From NCBI GenBank assembly GCA_964291675.2, contig OZ219866.1:3232001-3296000 (forward strand): DNA of 64,000 nucleotides, in the 5' to 3' direction. The stretch comes from Alphaproteobacteria bacterium. GTDB lineage: Bacteria > Pseudomonadota > Alphaproteobacteria > MPNO01. The translations under genes and the position numbers were made by a program. Under the pieces are notes generated by a model that saw nothing but the letters and a program-made list of their open reading frames with translations, was not told the origin of the DNA and did no database searches. Of this stretch, positions 9,843 through 19,713 are shown piece after piece. The first letter of the stretch is position 1, and each line of letters starts with the position of its first letter.

Positions 9843-10449
9843 GTCGGGTCCCTGTCGATCACGCCGGCGTCAGTCTCGACGCTCCAGGCACCCAACGCGA
9901 TTCGGCACTTCGAGCGCCGTAACCTGTTCTTGCGGCTCCATAATTTGCCCCAGCAGAACCGCAACCGCTTTTGCAGACTAGGACCGCGTGCAGCAGCGTC
10001 TCGTCACCGTCCAGCGCTGCTCAGACCCAATCAGGTCACGAGCGGTCTTGAGCGCCCTGGAGGTAGAATTCGGATGATTCCCATGGGATTCCATCTTCGA
10101 ACGCCAAGGCCACAGAGCCCGGACGTCGCTCCTTGCCGTCGTCCAGACTTCTCTCGCCCACCTCGGTCGTGCCCGCCCCCATGTGGTCACGTGCGCGATG
10201 TGGCCCAGGGCCGGTGAGGCGACGAAATCGCCGGCAAACGCAAACGGAAGACACGAATGCATGAAGACAGCTATGGTTTGTGTCGCTGGTTTCTTCCTCT
10301 GGACATCCGGTCCCCGCCAGATTCGGCCAGAGCATGGCCTCCAGCAGGCTAAAGGTGGTCCGGCTCTGCGGGCAATGCCGGCAAGCGACGCGTTCCTCCA
10401 CGAATTCACCGGTGTGCCATGGTGTGCCATGGCCTCTCAGCCGACGCCG

Positions 10450-10870
10450 ACGCATCCAGGCCTCGAGGCGTGCGCCCGCCTCGAGACGCCGGGTGTAGCG
10501 GCGAGCCACGACCCGGAGGCGCCGACGCGGTTCGGCGGGCAAGTTCTGGTTGCTCGCGAACTCGCCGATACGCCCGATGAGCTCTGCCGCCCCGTCGAGG
10601 TCGAAGGGGGACATGCCGGAGCGTTCCGCCCGCGCGGCACGACGCTGCCAGTCGGTGCGGAGTTGCCGGTACGCCTCTTCTGAATGCTCCGGCGACGGAG
10701 CTACGGCGGGTTCGGTGGAGATCGGCCGAACCGGGCGCAGCTCTCCCAAGCCCGGCTGCCGGACTTCCGCGGCGCACTCCGGCGGACGGGTAGACGTCTC
10801 AACGGGAGCCTCCGCCTGCGCGAGCTCCTGCGACTGCCCCGTGTCGGTCTGCTTGGAGCGCGCCGCCTAG
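10450..10870 (-). pseudogene. Fragment of the C-terminal domain of a second MobF relaxase
   Basis: EEAYRQLRTDWQRRAARAERSGMSPFDLDGAAELIGRIGEF...LPAEPRRRL is clearly homologous to RAAYRRLRRNWQAHLDRAGRQGEHRFDLDGANALIERIAAF...LAAEARARL in the intact relaxase. Boundaries approximate. Confidence 0.75.
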
Positions 10871-10983
10871 CCGGCGACGGAGCGGCGGTAGCTGCCGGCC
10901 CGGGTATTTACTTCGCTGGCAGAGGAGCACCTCCTTTCATTGACGCCCTCACAGGCTTGCAGGAAGGTGACCATCCTCCGAAT

Positions 10984-13900
10984 TCAGCTAGCCAGCTGAT
11001 AGCGTCGACCGACCTTCTGGATCACAACGCCTTGTCTAGCCGCCACCAACTCGATCGCATTCGCGATTGTGTCCCTGATATGCCATTCTGTTTTCTCGTC
11101 GTGAAGGCTGATGAGGCGCTGAAGCGCCCCGGCATCACCAACCGCTTGGAGCGCGATAATGCCACAAGTCGCCACGTTGTATCGTACCGACGCTACAATT
11201 TTCTCAACCAAGGCTGGAGAGAGGACCGGATTTCGTTGTCTTAACTCTCTCAACGCATGACTAAGCGTGTGTCCCTCCGCATCGCCCTCGATCCACTCTG
11301 GCCCATCCATGTCGTCGATCGCGAAAACCTCCGCTTCCAACTTTTCTCTTGCTCGTTCGCAGCCTAGTTGCGCCGCTACTGTCATCACGGCGAGACGGTC
11401 TCCCGGTGAAAGGTCAGCTTGTTCCAACCATACTTCCAGTAACTCCAGCCATGCAGCGACACCTGGATGAAGGGGCGCGGGATGCAGCGTGCCACTGAAC
11501 CCGAAGTCCATTTCGAAAACGTATAACATGCCTGTGCCCACGGAATTTGCAAATCGCGTCATTTCCTGCGCAGACAACTCTCGCTCTCTCGTTAGTGCCG
11601 CCGCACGTTCAGCAAGCTTTTGCTCAGGAAAATGACCAAATAGTGCGACGGTGGTTGCAGCATACTCTACAGGGATATGCCCGATACTTTCGACAAGATT
11701 AACAAATGCCACTCGATCACCGAAACGAGCTTCAAAGAGTTGTAGAGTCATTTTGATCTCATCATGAATCGACAAATCATAAATACACGTCCGAAAGAAG
11801 GCTTGTCGCGCTTCTGTATCGGGAAGCACGGTGGTGACATCACCCGCTAGCTCCCGCCTGCGCTTTAGTGGAATGGACGTATCACGAAGTAGCTCGCCCA
11901 AGAACCGTGCAGGTTCCGAGTGTACACTGACCAATTGATCCGCCTCATATTGTCGGCTCCAATCATCATGACGGAATGCGGCTAAAGCAAGCTCTATACC
12001 ATCATCTGGAAGTGGCTTTCCGGCGAGCTTATATGCACGCATCCGCGCTTGAGCGGGAAGGCGCAAGTTGCGTGCTATAGAGAGCGCGAGCTCTCGCGAA
12101 ACTGTTCCCTCTGGGAAGTTTGAGAGGAGGCTAGAGATTTCAATAATTTCATCTTCATCTTGTGTCTGGGGGTCCATCTTGTCGGCAATTGCTCTCAACG
12201 CTGTATCTCCGACGGCGCGGAACGCGGGCTTGAGACTGTGATAAGTCATGATGCTACTTCGATCACGCTCGATTATGCTGTTCACTACGCTAAGTGTCAC
12301 GTTGGGGTCATTCAGCTTGGAGATGATGTCCCCAGCTCCGTCGTTGATTAGCCACCGATGGTGTAGCGCCGCGATCATGGCATCGGACGGTGGACTCGAG
12401 AAGCCGTCGGCAAGCAAGCGCCCAACACGCTCGCGAGATCGCGAAGGTGCGTGGACCCAATACTCCACAAGGCGATTGCCGACCTCTTCCCGCAGTTCCC
12501 TACTGACCCTCGCACCGTTGGCGATACAACGGCCGACCAAACGAAGGCCAGTACTGAAGGCATCATCCGGTCGAGCCAACATTGCTTGCATGATTGGCTC
12601 AGGGGCAGAATGTAGTTCAAGTCCGAATTGTATTGCTTGAGCCCAAGGGCGCTGCAAAGCATCCTCAATACGCTGTTCTAGGCTATCCGAATAGCATTCG
12701 ACAAGATGACAAGCAGCAAGATATTCCTGCACGATAGGATACGGAAACTGTAGCCGGATAGTACTCTGTGACTTGAGAATCCCATTCGCCTTGAGCTGCT
12801 CGAATAGTATTTCCGCTTCTGAAGGCGAAGCCGCAATGCGGTTGACTACATCGCGCACCTCTCGTTCGGTCGCACCGATTTCTTGACGTTCAAGACGTTC
12901 GAATGCCAGTACTTCCGCTATCGCTCGAAGGGCTACCGATCGGTCAACTGGATCTTGCACGCGCTTATGCTGGGCAGGATAGAAAAGGGTCTTTAGATAA
13001 GCTTCTATCAGATCTGACCGCTTCAGCGCTTTTTGCTTCCCGAGATCGGTGGTGACCAGTAGCATCACGAGGAAGAGTGGAATTCGCGCGAGCCGATAGA
13101 GGTCCGGGTAGAGTTCAAGGCGATCTGCAATTTTCCAGTCATCCACTGAACCAAAATGGTTCTTCATAGTTGTAGTGAAGCGCTCGATGTCGTCATCGTT
13201 GAGCGCAAGCAACTCCACAATTCTCGCGTCGGGCAGACCCGTTACCACCGCCGAATCTCGTACCGTGAGCATCCATGAGGCGCGAGGATAGCGAGCCGAG
13301 AAGGTTGCGATGCGATGCATGAGCATCGGGCGCGAGCCAGAGGGTACCTCGTCTAAGCCATCCAGCAATAGGACCAGCAACCCCTGCTCGGCAAGCAGGC
13401 GCCAATCAGCGCTCAAATCGAGCTCCTTGCTGGTACTATTGGTCAGGAACGAAATGATGCTGCTGTCGGCCGAAGCCAGCGAGGCTAGCGGAATTGGCAC
13501 TGGTACCAAGGGGCCTTCAGCCAACTTCCCACTAATCGAGGTTAGAAGCGCCGATTTGCCATAGCCCGGACCGGCTACCACCACGACGCGATCAAGATGG
13601 TCATTTGGGAAGCTACGTAGATCAAGGACAACATTTTCGTCCCAACTAACGAATGCTGGGTCCTCGTCCTCGAAACCGGTAGACCGCGTGCCATCATGGT
13701 CGCGTGCGCGGGGCCAAACAAACAGCTCTTCTGCAGGACCGGCGACACCCGTACCCGGCACCTCGATCCTTGAGAGCTCCTTTATTGTTGCCCGATAGGA
13801 ATCGAGACCCCAATCCAGCGGTTCACCAAGCAATAGGCCATGCTCGAGTTTGAGACGACGTCTGAGCGGGGCCGGCTGAAAAAGGCCCCTTCGTCGGGCC

Positions 13901-14505
13901 TCTCCTCCGGCCATATCCCGAAGGATGGGCAGCAGTGTCGGAGGTGGCGACCGGGTCCCCGCTAGACGCCGACGGCCAAGCTCCCGCTCTATTTCGTCCA
14001 AAGCAAGATGCAGAACACTGGTTTGCCGGAGCAATTCGAATGCAGCGGTGCTCGAGCCCAGAATGCTCACGATGCTATTGAGTGCCGAGACTTGCCCAGA
14101 CATAAGGCGGGCTCGAAGTTCGTGCTCGTCGACTGATGACGCCGCGCGCTCGCAAATCGCTGCCACGGCTTCGCTGTCCTTTGACCTTACCTCCACCACA
14201 AGCGTCAGCCGATCATCGCCGCCAAACTTCGTGGAACCGCGCTGAGCGTTGAGGCTGCGCCACAACCCTGACCACGCGCTATTTGCCACCCGAATGCTGA
14301 GCTTGACATTCCGAAACTCACGATGCCCGTCGGCGAACCGCAGTACGATGTCGTCAACCTCTTCAGGAGCCTCAAGCCTAACCTCAACGACACGCTCTCG
14401 GGCAATTTGCTGGTCAAGCACCAGAAGGTCAGCAAGCGCAAGCGCTGCAACACTGTTCTGGTAGAAGATTCCGGTCTGTGTCGCCGCTCCACCCGATTCA
14501 GGCAT
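10984..14505 (-). CDS. NACHT/STAND NTPase with N-terminal Cap4/DUF4297-like PD-(D/E)xK nuclease domain and helical C-terminal sensor; putative NLR/Avs-like anti-phage protein
   Basis: N-term GG...G.FYQ...E...VDDIV......F.NVK; Walker A AGPGYGKS; Walker B LLLDGLDEV; LARIPLFL; F.YPIVQEYLAA; long helical C-terminus; GC lower than flanks. Confidence 0.8.
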   Translation of the reverse strand: MPESGGAATQTGIFYQNSVAALALADLLVLDQQIARERVVEVRLEAPEEVDDIVLRFADGHREFRNVKLSIRVANSAWSGLWRSLNAQRGSTKFGGDDRLTLVVEVRSKDSEAVAAICERAASSVDEHELRARLMSGQVSALNSIVSILGSSTAAFELLRQTSVLHLALDEIERELGRRRLAGTRSPPPTLLPILRDMAGGEARRRGLFQPAPLRRRLKLEHGLLLGEPLDWGLDSYRATIKELSRIEVPGTGVAGPAEELFVWPRARDHDGTRSTGFEDEDPAFVSWDENVVLDLRSFPNDHLDRVVVVAGPGYGKSALLTSISGKLAEGPLVPVPIPLASLASADSSIISFLTNSTSKELDLSADWRLLAEQGLLVLLLDGLDEVPSGSRPMLMHRIATFSARYPRASWMLTVRDSAVVTGLPDARIVELLALNDDDIERFTTTMKNHFGSVDDWKIADRLELYPDLYRLARIPLFLVMLLVTTDLGKQKALKRSDLIEAYLKTLFYPAQHKRVQDPVDRSVALRAIAEVLAFERLERQEIGATEREVRDVVNRIAASPSEAEILFEQLKANGILKSQSTIRLQFPYPIVQEYLAACHLVECYSDSLEQRIEDALQRPWAQAIQFGLELHSAPEPIMQAMLARPDDAFSTGLRLVGRCIANGARVSRELREEVGNRLVEYWVHAPSRSRERVGRLLADGFSSPPSDAMIAALHHRWLINDGAGDIISKLNDPNVTLSVVNSIIERDRSSIMTYHSLKPAFRAVGDTALRAIADKMDPQTQDEDEIIEISSLLSNFPEGTVSRELALSIARNLRLPAQARMRAYKLAGKPLPDDGIELALAAFRHDDWSRQYEADQLVSVHSEPARFLGELLRDTSIPLKRRRELAGDVTTVLPDTEARQAFFRTCIYDLSIHDEIKMTLQLFEARFGDRVAFVNLVESIGHIPVEYAATTVALFGHFPEQKLAERAAALTRERELSAQEMTRFANSVGTGMLYVFEMDFGFSGTLHPAPLHPGVAAWLELLEVWLEQADLSPGDRLAVMTVAAQLGCERAREKLEAEVFAIDDMDGPEWIEGDAEGHTLSHALRELRQRNPVLSPALVEKIVASVRYNVATCGIIALQAVGDAGALQRLISLHDEKTEWHIRDTIANAIELVAARQGVVIQKVGRRYQLAS

Positions 14506-14859
14506 ACATTGTTCCTCTCATTTGAAAGGTTTCCTACGCGTCCGTTGATTGAGACCCCGTGTTGCTAGTAAGTAGTCGTGACCAACTGAACGGTTCGTCG
14601 TTCAGCAAAGTGCGCCCAACGACAATTGCCAGATTCCTCGCTTCGGGCACCACCCAGCCTAGTCGACCTCACTCAATCGGGATAGGCCGACTTCGCCCCG
14701 CCGATACCAGCCGTTCAATCGCTAGCTTCCACACCGTCGGCGACACGCCATGCCTCGACCTCGTGGGACATGCAGCGGTTGTCGCGGACCCGTGACGCCT
14801 ATTCGTCCACTCGATAAGAGAGGTAGAGGACGCAATCGATCCGGTTTCAGGCAAGTGAG

Positions 14860-14917
14860 ACCCAACTTGATGGTGTGGATGCCGTCGGGTGGGGGCATCC
14901 ACACCATCATGTTGGGT
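14860..14917. repeat. 24-bp inverted repeat (23/24) with 10-bp spacer; possible collapsed IS1111/IS110-type end pair
   Basis: ACCCAACTTGATGGTGTGGATGCC-N10-GGCATCCACACCATCATGTTGGGT. Confidence 0.7.
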
Positions 14918-14929
14918 GAGATACGCAAG

Positions 14930-15170
14930 GAGCATGCCCGCCTTCCCTGTCTCCCCGCATGGGCCAGCAGGTTGCGCATTAAGTGGATGCGGCAGCGCGC
15001 GGCCAGGAGGCGTCGAGGATGCGGGTAGTGGCGGTCTTGAGCCCCTTGTGGTAGTCGGAGATCAGCAGCTTGACGCCGCCGAGCCCGCGGCCGGCCAGCG
15101 AGCGCAGGAACGCGGTCCAGAAGGTCTCGGCCTCGTCGTGGCCGATCGCCATGCCGAGCACCTCGCGCCG
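14930..15170 (-). pseudogene. IS256-family transposase fragment (frameshifted)
   Basis: REVLGMAIGHDEAETFWTAFLRSLAGRGLGGVKLLISDYHKGL, then in a shifted frame CRIHLMRNLLAHAG. Confidence 0.85.
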
Positions 15171-15171
15171 G

Positions 15172-15290
15172 CCCAGGGCTACGAGGATCTGATCGATCAC
15201 GATACGCTGCCCCACGATCTGGTGCTGGCTGGCAAGCTGGCGGCGAAGCTGCGGGGCTGCGCGCCGCTGATCGGCAAGCCTCCTACCCCG
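15172..15290 (+). pseudogene. IS1380-family transposase fragment
   Basis: GYEDLIDHDTL.HD.VLAGKLAA...CAPL.GK.T resembles the IS1380 N-terminal motif GYED.NDHD.LR.DP. Confidence 0.65.
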
Positions 15291-15488
15291 CGATGACGAC
15301 AACCCATGGGTGATTGCCAACCACAAGTCGACCTGATATCTCACCGACCTTCAGCAGCCTCGGCACCGTAAACGGTCGCGCGCTGTGCTCGATGATGTTC
15401 GGATCCAGGACCTCCGACAAATTTTGGGAATTATATACTTGACTAAATAAGTCGCGATCCCCATATTCAGTGTGAAGGGAGACGCGAC

Positions 15489-16466
15489 ATGGCCAAGGCC
15501 CCCGGAAAGAACCACCGCGAAGGCATCACCGTCATGGAGATGGCCGACCTGTTCCCGACCGATGAGGCGGCGCGGGAATGGTTCGAGGCGAAGGTCTGGC
15601 CGGACGGGCGGCATTGCCCGCGCTGCGGATCGGTCGAGACGGTCGAGTGCAAGGGAACCCCGCCGATGCCCTACTGGTGCCCGGCGTGCAAGCGGCATTT
15701 CAGCGTCCGTATCGGCACCGTCATGGAGGGATCGCCCCTTCCCCTGCGGAAGTGGGTCTATGCGATCTACCTGCACCTGACGAGCCTCAAGGGCGTCTCC
15801 AGCATGAAGCTGCATCGCGACTTGGGCGTGACCCAGAAAACCGCGTGGTTCATGCTCCAGCGCATCCGCAAGGCGTTCGAGCGCGACGACGACGATCCGC
15901 CCTTCGGCGGGCCGGCGGAAGCGGATGAGGTCTACTTGGGCGGGCTGCGGAAGAACATGCACAAGGACAAGCGAGAAGAGCTGACGGGCCGCGCCGCGGT
16001 CGGGAAAGAGGTCGCGGTCGGCGTGAAGGATCGCTACACCAGCGAGGTCCGGGCCCGGCATGTCCACGGCACGGACGCCGCGCATCTGGCGGGCTTCGCC
16101 GTCGAGACGGCCAAGTTCGGCGCGACGGTCTACAGCGACGATGCCGCCGTTTATCAGACGCTGGCGCCGTGGTACGATCACGAAAGCGTCAATCACTCGG
16201 CTGGCGAGTATGTCCGCCAGCAGGCGCACAAGAACGGGATCGAGAGCTTCCGGTCGATGCTGAAACGGGCGCACAAGGGCATCTATCACAAGTTCAGCTC
16301 GAAGCATCTGCATCGATACATCGCCGACTTCGCCGGGCGTCACAACGTCCGCGAGGCCGACACGCTGTCGCAGATGGCCGGGCTGGCGTTCGGGATGGCG
16401 GGGAAGCGGCCGACCTACGCCTCGCTGATCGCTGACAACGGCTTGCCGAGTAGGGCGCGGGCGTGA
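15489..16466 (+). CDS. IS1595-family (ISXO2-like) DDE transposase
   Basis: Zn ribbon CPRC...CPAC, HTH KGVSSMKLHRDLGVTQKTAW, catalytic EADEVY / VYSD / HKNGIESF, K.L.RY..F..RHN. Confidence 0.92.
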   Translation: MAKAPGKNHREGITVMEMADLFPTDEAAREWFEAKVWPDGRHCPRCGSVETVECKGTPPMPYWCPACKRHFSVRIGTVMEGSPLPLRKWVYAIYLHLTSLKGVSSMKLHRDLGVTQKTAWFMLQRIRKAFERDDDDPPFGGPAEADEVYLGGLRKNMHKDKREELTGRAAVGKEVAVGVKDRYTSEVRARHVHGTDAAHLAGFAVETAKFGATVYSDDAAVYQTLAPWYDHESVNHSAGEYVRQQAHKNGIESFRSMLKRAHKGIYHKFSSKHLHRYIADFAGRHNVREADTLSQMAGLAFGMAGKRPTYASLIADNGLPSRARA

Positions 16467-16480
16467 CGCCGCAAGAACAA

Positions 16481-16729
16481 TCAGTGAAGGTGCGGGCTGG
16501 GGTCGATGCCGGCGCGAAATTTCTCGAGCTCTCGCGCAAGGATGCGGCGCGCCCGAGGCGACAGGGACTGAAACGCTTCCTGTTCTGGAAGCGCATCGAC
16601 GATCCTGCACATGAGCGCGCCAACATCCGGCCCCAAGGCGCCGATTAAGCTGCTGATGATCGTCGCCTGAACCGCGACGATGGAGCGAAGTTCCTCCACT
16701 TCGTCGCGCAAGGGCCGCTTCGTGGTCAT
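16481..16729 (-). CDS. Small hypothetical passenger protein
   Basis: 82-aa ORF with SD (GGGAGA) starting 12 bp downstream of the R-M gene; helical/coiled-coil character. Confidence 0.5.
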   Translation of the reverse strand: MTTKRPLRDEVEELRSIVAVQATIISSLIGALGPDVGALMCRIVDALPEQEAFQSLSPRARRILARELEKFRAGIDPSPHLH

Positions 16730-16741
16730 CGCGTTCTCCCT

Positions 16742-19534
16742 TTAGGCGACTCTGTTGCAAACAGACGGTTCCCGGCTGATTGCGGCCCGCCATTTCGCCA
16801 CTTGTAAGCCGTTTAGGCGCGCAACACGGGCGGCGGCCGAATCGATTTCGATTCGCGCCGGGTCGTCAGCCATGTTTGGCAACGGCTCCAGCCTCGCTTT
16901 TCTGGTTCTCTCGAAGGCGTCAATGAGCGGCTGCAAATCAACCGATTTCGGATTGGGGCATGGAAGGGCGCGCAAGTTTTCAAGAGGAAATGCCGGATAG
17001 GTCAGTTCTTTCGTCCGGCGAGCCAAAAGACCTAATATGCCCGGCGTTGAGTTGAGCCATGCAGCCCATGCCTTTTCGGTTTGCGCCGTGCCTCCATCTA
17101 TAGGGGTGATGGGGCACCATGCGCTTCTAAGTGCCATCTCTCCGGTCCAGACCGCAGTCGTCCGAACAAGATTGATGCGCATTTTGTTGCCGACGAGCAG
17201 CCGTCCGGCCTTCGGCCACAATCGGCGCTCGGCATACCGTTCCTTGCCCTCCCTGGGCCGCATACGGCGATCCGGCGTTGTCTCGATAGACTGCTGCCGA
17301 TCGGTCTCATGCCGCCATAGCAGGGCATATTCGCCGGTCATGCTTTCATCGCTGGGGAACGCATCACGGATTCGCCGACCTTCCGGCCCTACATGCGCCA
17401 TGTCGCGCAACGGGCGAAGCCGGTCCCCCATGAGCGCCTCTATTTCGTCAATCGCCTCGATCAGTTCGGCGTCGTAGAACAGGGCGGCAATCCAGTCGCC
17501 GCGCTTCATCCGGGCGGCGGGCCACACGGTCTCCCGTCCCCACTCCGCCAGATCGCCGTTGTCCCGCAAGCAGCTTTCCAGTGCCAGCGCCTCGGCCTTG
17601 TTCGTCGGGTTGCGGTGAAGCTGAATGAAGCGCGTCGGCTTCGCTTCGTCCCTGGCGGCCGTCGCAACGATCATGCTTTCGTGAATCCTGGTATTCCCCG
17701 AGAAATAGATCCGCGTTGGATCGTGTGCTGTTATGACGGTCTCGATTTGGAAGCGCGTCGCCAGCAGTTCGCGCTCCGCCTGCCCGGAAGGCGCAGTCAT
17801 GGCGGTTGTGGGAAGAACCGTCGCCAGCGTCCGCGCTCCGGTTTTCAGTATCTTGTCGGCCAAGGGAGTGAAGAATGTTCGCGCACTGGTCTGGTCTATG
17901 CCTTTGGCGGCGTCCTTGTCCTGCGCCTCAAGCCGCTCAGCTATATCCTGTTCGCGCTTCTGCACCTGTCTCCGCGCCTCCGGCGTGAGTTGCCGGTTGC
18001 GAATGTCGTTCCGCGTAAAGGGTGGGTTCATTATCACCAAGTCAAACGGATCCGAAATGTCCTTCCCAAATTGCTCACCTTCGCTACGGCCAGTTTCAAT
18101 TTCCTCCTCTGCCTTCGGACGGCCCAAATCCAGCGCCAGTTCGCCGGGGCTGTCCTGCAACAGCAGTTCAAGGGACCCTGCCCATGCGCGCTCGGCGTCA
18201 CCATCTGGGAGCACTCCGTGCTTCGCCGTATAGAGCGGCATTCGGTGATAATCGACGCGCGGCGAACTGAGTGTGAGATTGCAGGCCGCGAGCTGTACGG
18301 CGTGGCGGTTGATGTCGAGGCCATGCAACACCCGCTGGACCATCTCGAGATGCACCATCTCAATCGATGTGCGGTCGTTGGTGGTCGCGCTATGAAGGTC
18401 GCGGACGGCGTGTTGTGCGGCCAGCAACAGCGTTCCGGTCCCGCAAGCCGGGTCGATGATCCGTAGCCGTGCGATTGCCTCGGGATCGCGCCAGTCGCAA
18501 TCCACATGTGAAAGGGCAAGGCGTGCGAGCAACATGGCGGCTGGCGGGGTCGTATAGAACGATCCGTCATACCGCGCACTTTCGAGCAATCGGTGGTAGA
18601 TCGGCCCCGCAACGTCGTATTCCAAGGCCCCGAGGGCGTGTGCGCAAGAGTCCGCAGCGCAGCGCAGCGTTTCGAGAACCCACTCGGTTTCCACTTCGTC
18701 AGGAAGCGCGAGCAAACAGGCGAGAGCCGGTTCAAATATCGGCTTGTAATCGACGGCAAGGATTTGCTCCCATCGTCTCGTCAACAGGCTCTTCGCCGTC
18801 TCGTTCGGCGTTGCCTGTGGAAGCGGAACATCTGACCAGATTGCTTCGAGTCGCCGGTCAAGAAGACAACCGTTAGCGAGCATCACGGACGCTATACGCA
18901 GAACCCTGTCATCGCCTGCTTTCGGCGGCTGCATGTTGAGAGCCAAGGCGAGCAACTCGGTAGCCGCCTCGCGGTGGCTCACCCAGATATTCGCGGACTC
19001 CACGATGATCCCTGTCAGCAGGGTTTCTATGTCGCCGCGGCGATCGGAAACGTTACGGATTTCCGTCGCAAGGGTTGCCGCCCCTCCTCGGCGCCATGCT
19101 TCGCCGCCCGCGCCGGCGAACACCCACTCCAGCCCCTGCGTTTGGCGCAAACAGGATGCTATTTCGGGAGGCGTGAGATCGCCCCTGATCTCATCTGGGT
19201 AGCAAAGAGCGAGAGCAAGCCGCTTCGGTGCGTTCTGTGGCTGATCCTTCGTCCACCGGCGCGCTTGCTCGGACGCTTCTCGTTTCGCCTTGTCGCTAGT
19301 CCCGAATTTCGCTTCGCCGAATATCGTGTGAGGGCAATCGAGAGTCGGACGAATTGTCAGGTCCGGCGTCTTGCTCCGCCCGTGGACACGCTGTTCAGGG
19401 ACCGTCCGGAGATTGTGGTCTTCGGTCAATACCCCGGCAAGGATCGTGTTAATTGCCTCTTCCCGGCTTCCCTTGGCCGCCCCAGACTGCCCCTGTCTCA
19501 GCCTATCCCGGTTTTCGCCGTCCGTCTCGACCAT
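16742..19534 (-). CDS. Type IIG-like fused restriction endonuclease / N6-adenine methyltransferase
   Basis: N-terminal PDLTI...FGEAK (PD-ExK), GSFYTTPPAA, motif I IIDPACGTGTLL, motif IV VIMNPPF, putative C-terminal target-recognition region. Confidence 0.85.
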   Translation of the reverse strand: MVETDGENRDRLRQGQSGAAKGSREEAINTILAGVLTEDHNLRTVPEQRVHGRSKTPDLTIRPTLDCPHTIFGEAKFGTSDKAKREASEQARRWTKDQPQNAPKRLALALCYPDEIRGDLTPPEIASCLRQTQGLEWVFAGAGGEAWRRGGAATLATEIRNVSDRRGDIETLLTGIIVESANIWVSHREAATELLALALNMQPPKAGDDRVLRIASVMLANGCLLDRRLEAIWSDVPLPQATPNETAKSLLTRRWEQILAVDYKPIFEPALACLLALPDEVETEWVLETLRCAADSCAHALGALEYDVAGPIYHRLLESARYDGSFYTTPPAAMLLARLALSHVDCDWRDPEAIARLRIIDPACGTGTLLLAAQHAVRDLHSATTNDRTSIEMVHLEMVQRVLHGLDINRHAVQLAACNLTLSSPRVDYHRMPLYTAKHGVLPDGDAERAWAGSLELLLQDSPGELALDLGRPKAEEEIETGRSEGEQFGKDISDPFDLVIMNPPFTRNDIRNRQLTPEARRQVQKREQDIAERLEAQDKDAAKGIDQTSARTFFTPLADKILKTGARTLATVLPTTAMTAPSGQAERELLATRFQIETVITAHDPTRIYFSGNTRIHESMIVATAARDEAKPTRFIQLHRNPTNKAEALALESCLRDNGDLAEWGRETVWPAARMKRGDWIAALFYDAELIEAIDEIEALMGDRLRPLRDMAHVGPEGRRIRDAFPSDESMTGEYALLWRHETDRQQSIETTPDRRMRPREGKERYAERRLWPKAGRLLVGNKMRINLVRTTAVWTGEMALRSAWCPITPIDGGTAQTEKAWAAWLNSTPGILGLLARRTKELTYPAFPLENLRALPCPNPKSVDLQPLIDAFERTRKARLEPLPNMADDPARIEIDSAAARVARLNGLQVAKWRAAISREPSVCNRVA

Positions 19535-19665
19535 CGCGCCCCTCCCGTGGTAGGAAGGGCGGACGCTACCGGCCTACGGATATTTAGGCAAGTATATAAT
19601 TCCCGAATTCTTCCCGCGCACAGCTAGAGATCCCGGCCGATGAGGAGGAGGGACCGCAATGCCCG

Positions 19666-19713
19666 TGAGCGTGAGCACGATAATCGGTGAGAGGACTTCA
19701 CGGCATTCGATGG
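19666..19713 (+). mobile_element. Diverged orphan end of the 20891-25299 transposon family
   Basis: TGAGCGTGAGCACGATAATCGGTG (17/24 to the 20891 end) followed by GGACTTCACGGCATTCGATGG (17/21 to GGATTTCGCGTTATTCGATGG at 20919). Confidence 0.6.

Larger units (their letters stand above)
15426..19604 (+). mobile_element. IS1595-family transporter IS (4,179 bp) carrying a restriction-modification gene
   Basis: Terminal inverted repeats GGGAATTATATACTTGACTAAATA (15426-15449) and GGGAATTATATACTTGCCTAAATA (rc of 19581-19604), 23/24 identical. They enclose the transposase and two passenger ORFs. No clear target duplication. Confidence 0.88.

Noticed and set aside
9843-10430. Lower-GC stretch with short ORFs and a 10-bp tandem duplication (GTGTGCCATG x2)
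   Set aside because: Probably gene debris; no recognisable motif to support a call.
15418-19612. Target-site duplication for the IS1595 element
   Set aside because: Flanks CAAATTTT and GAATTCTT are not identical.
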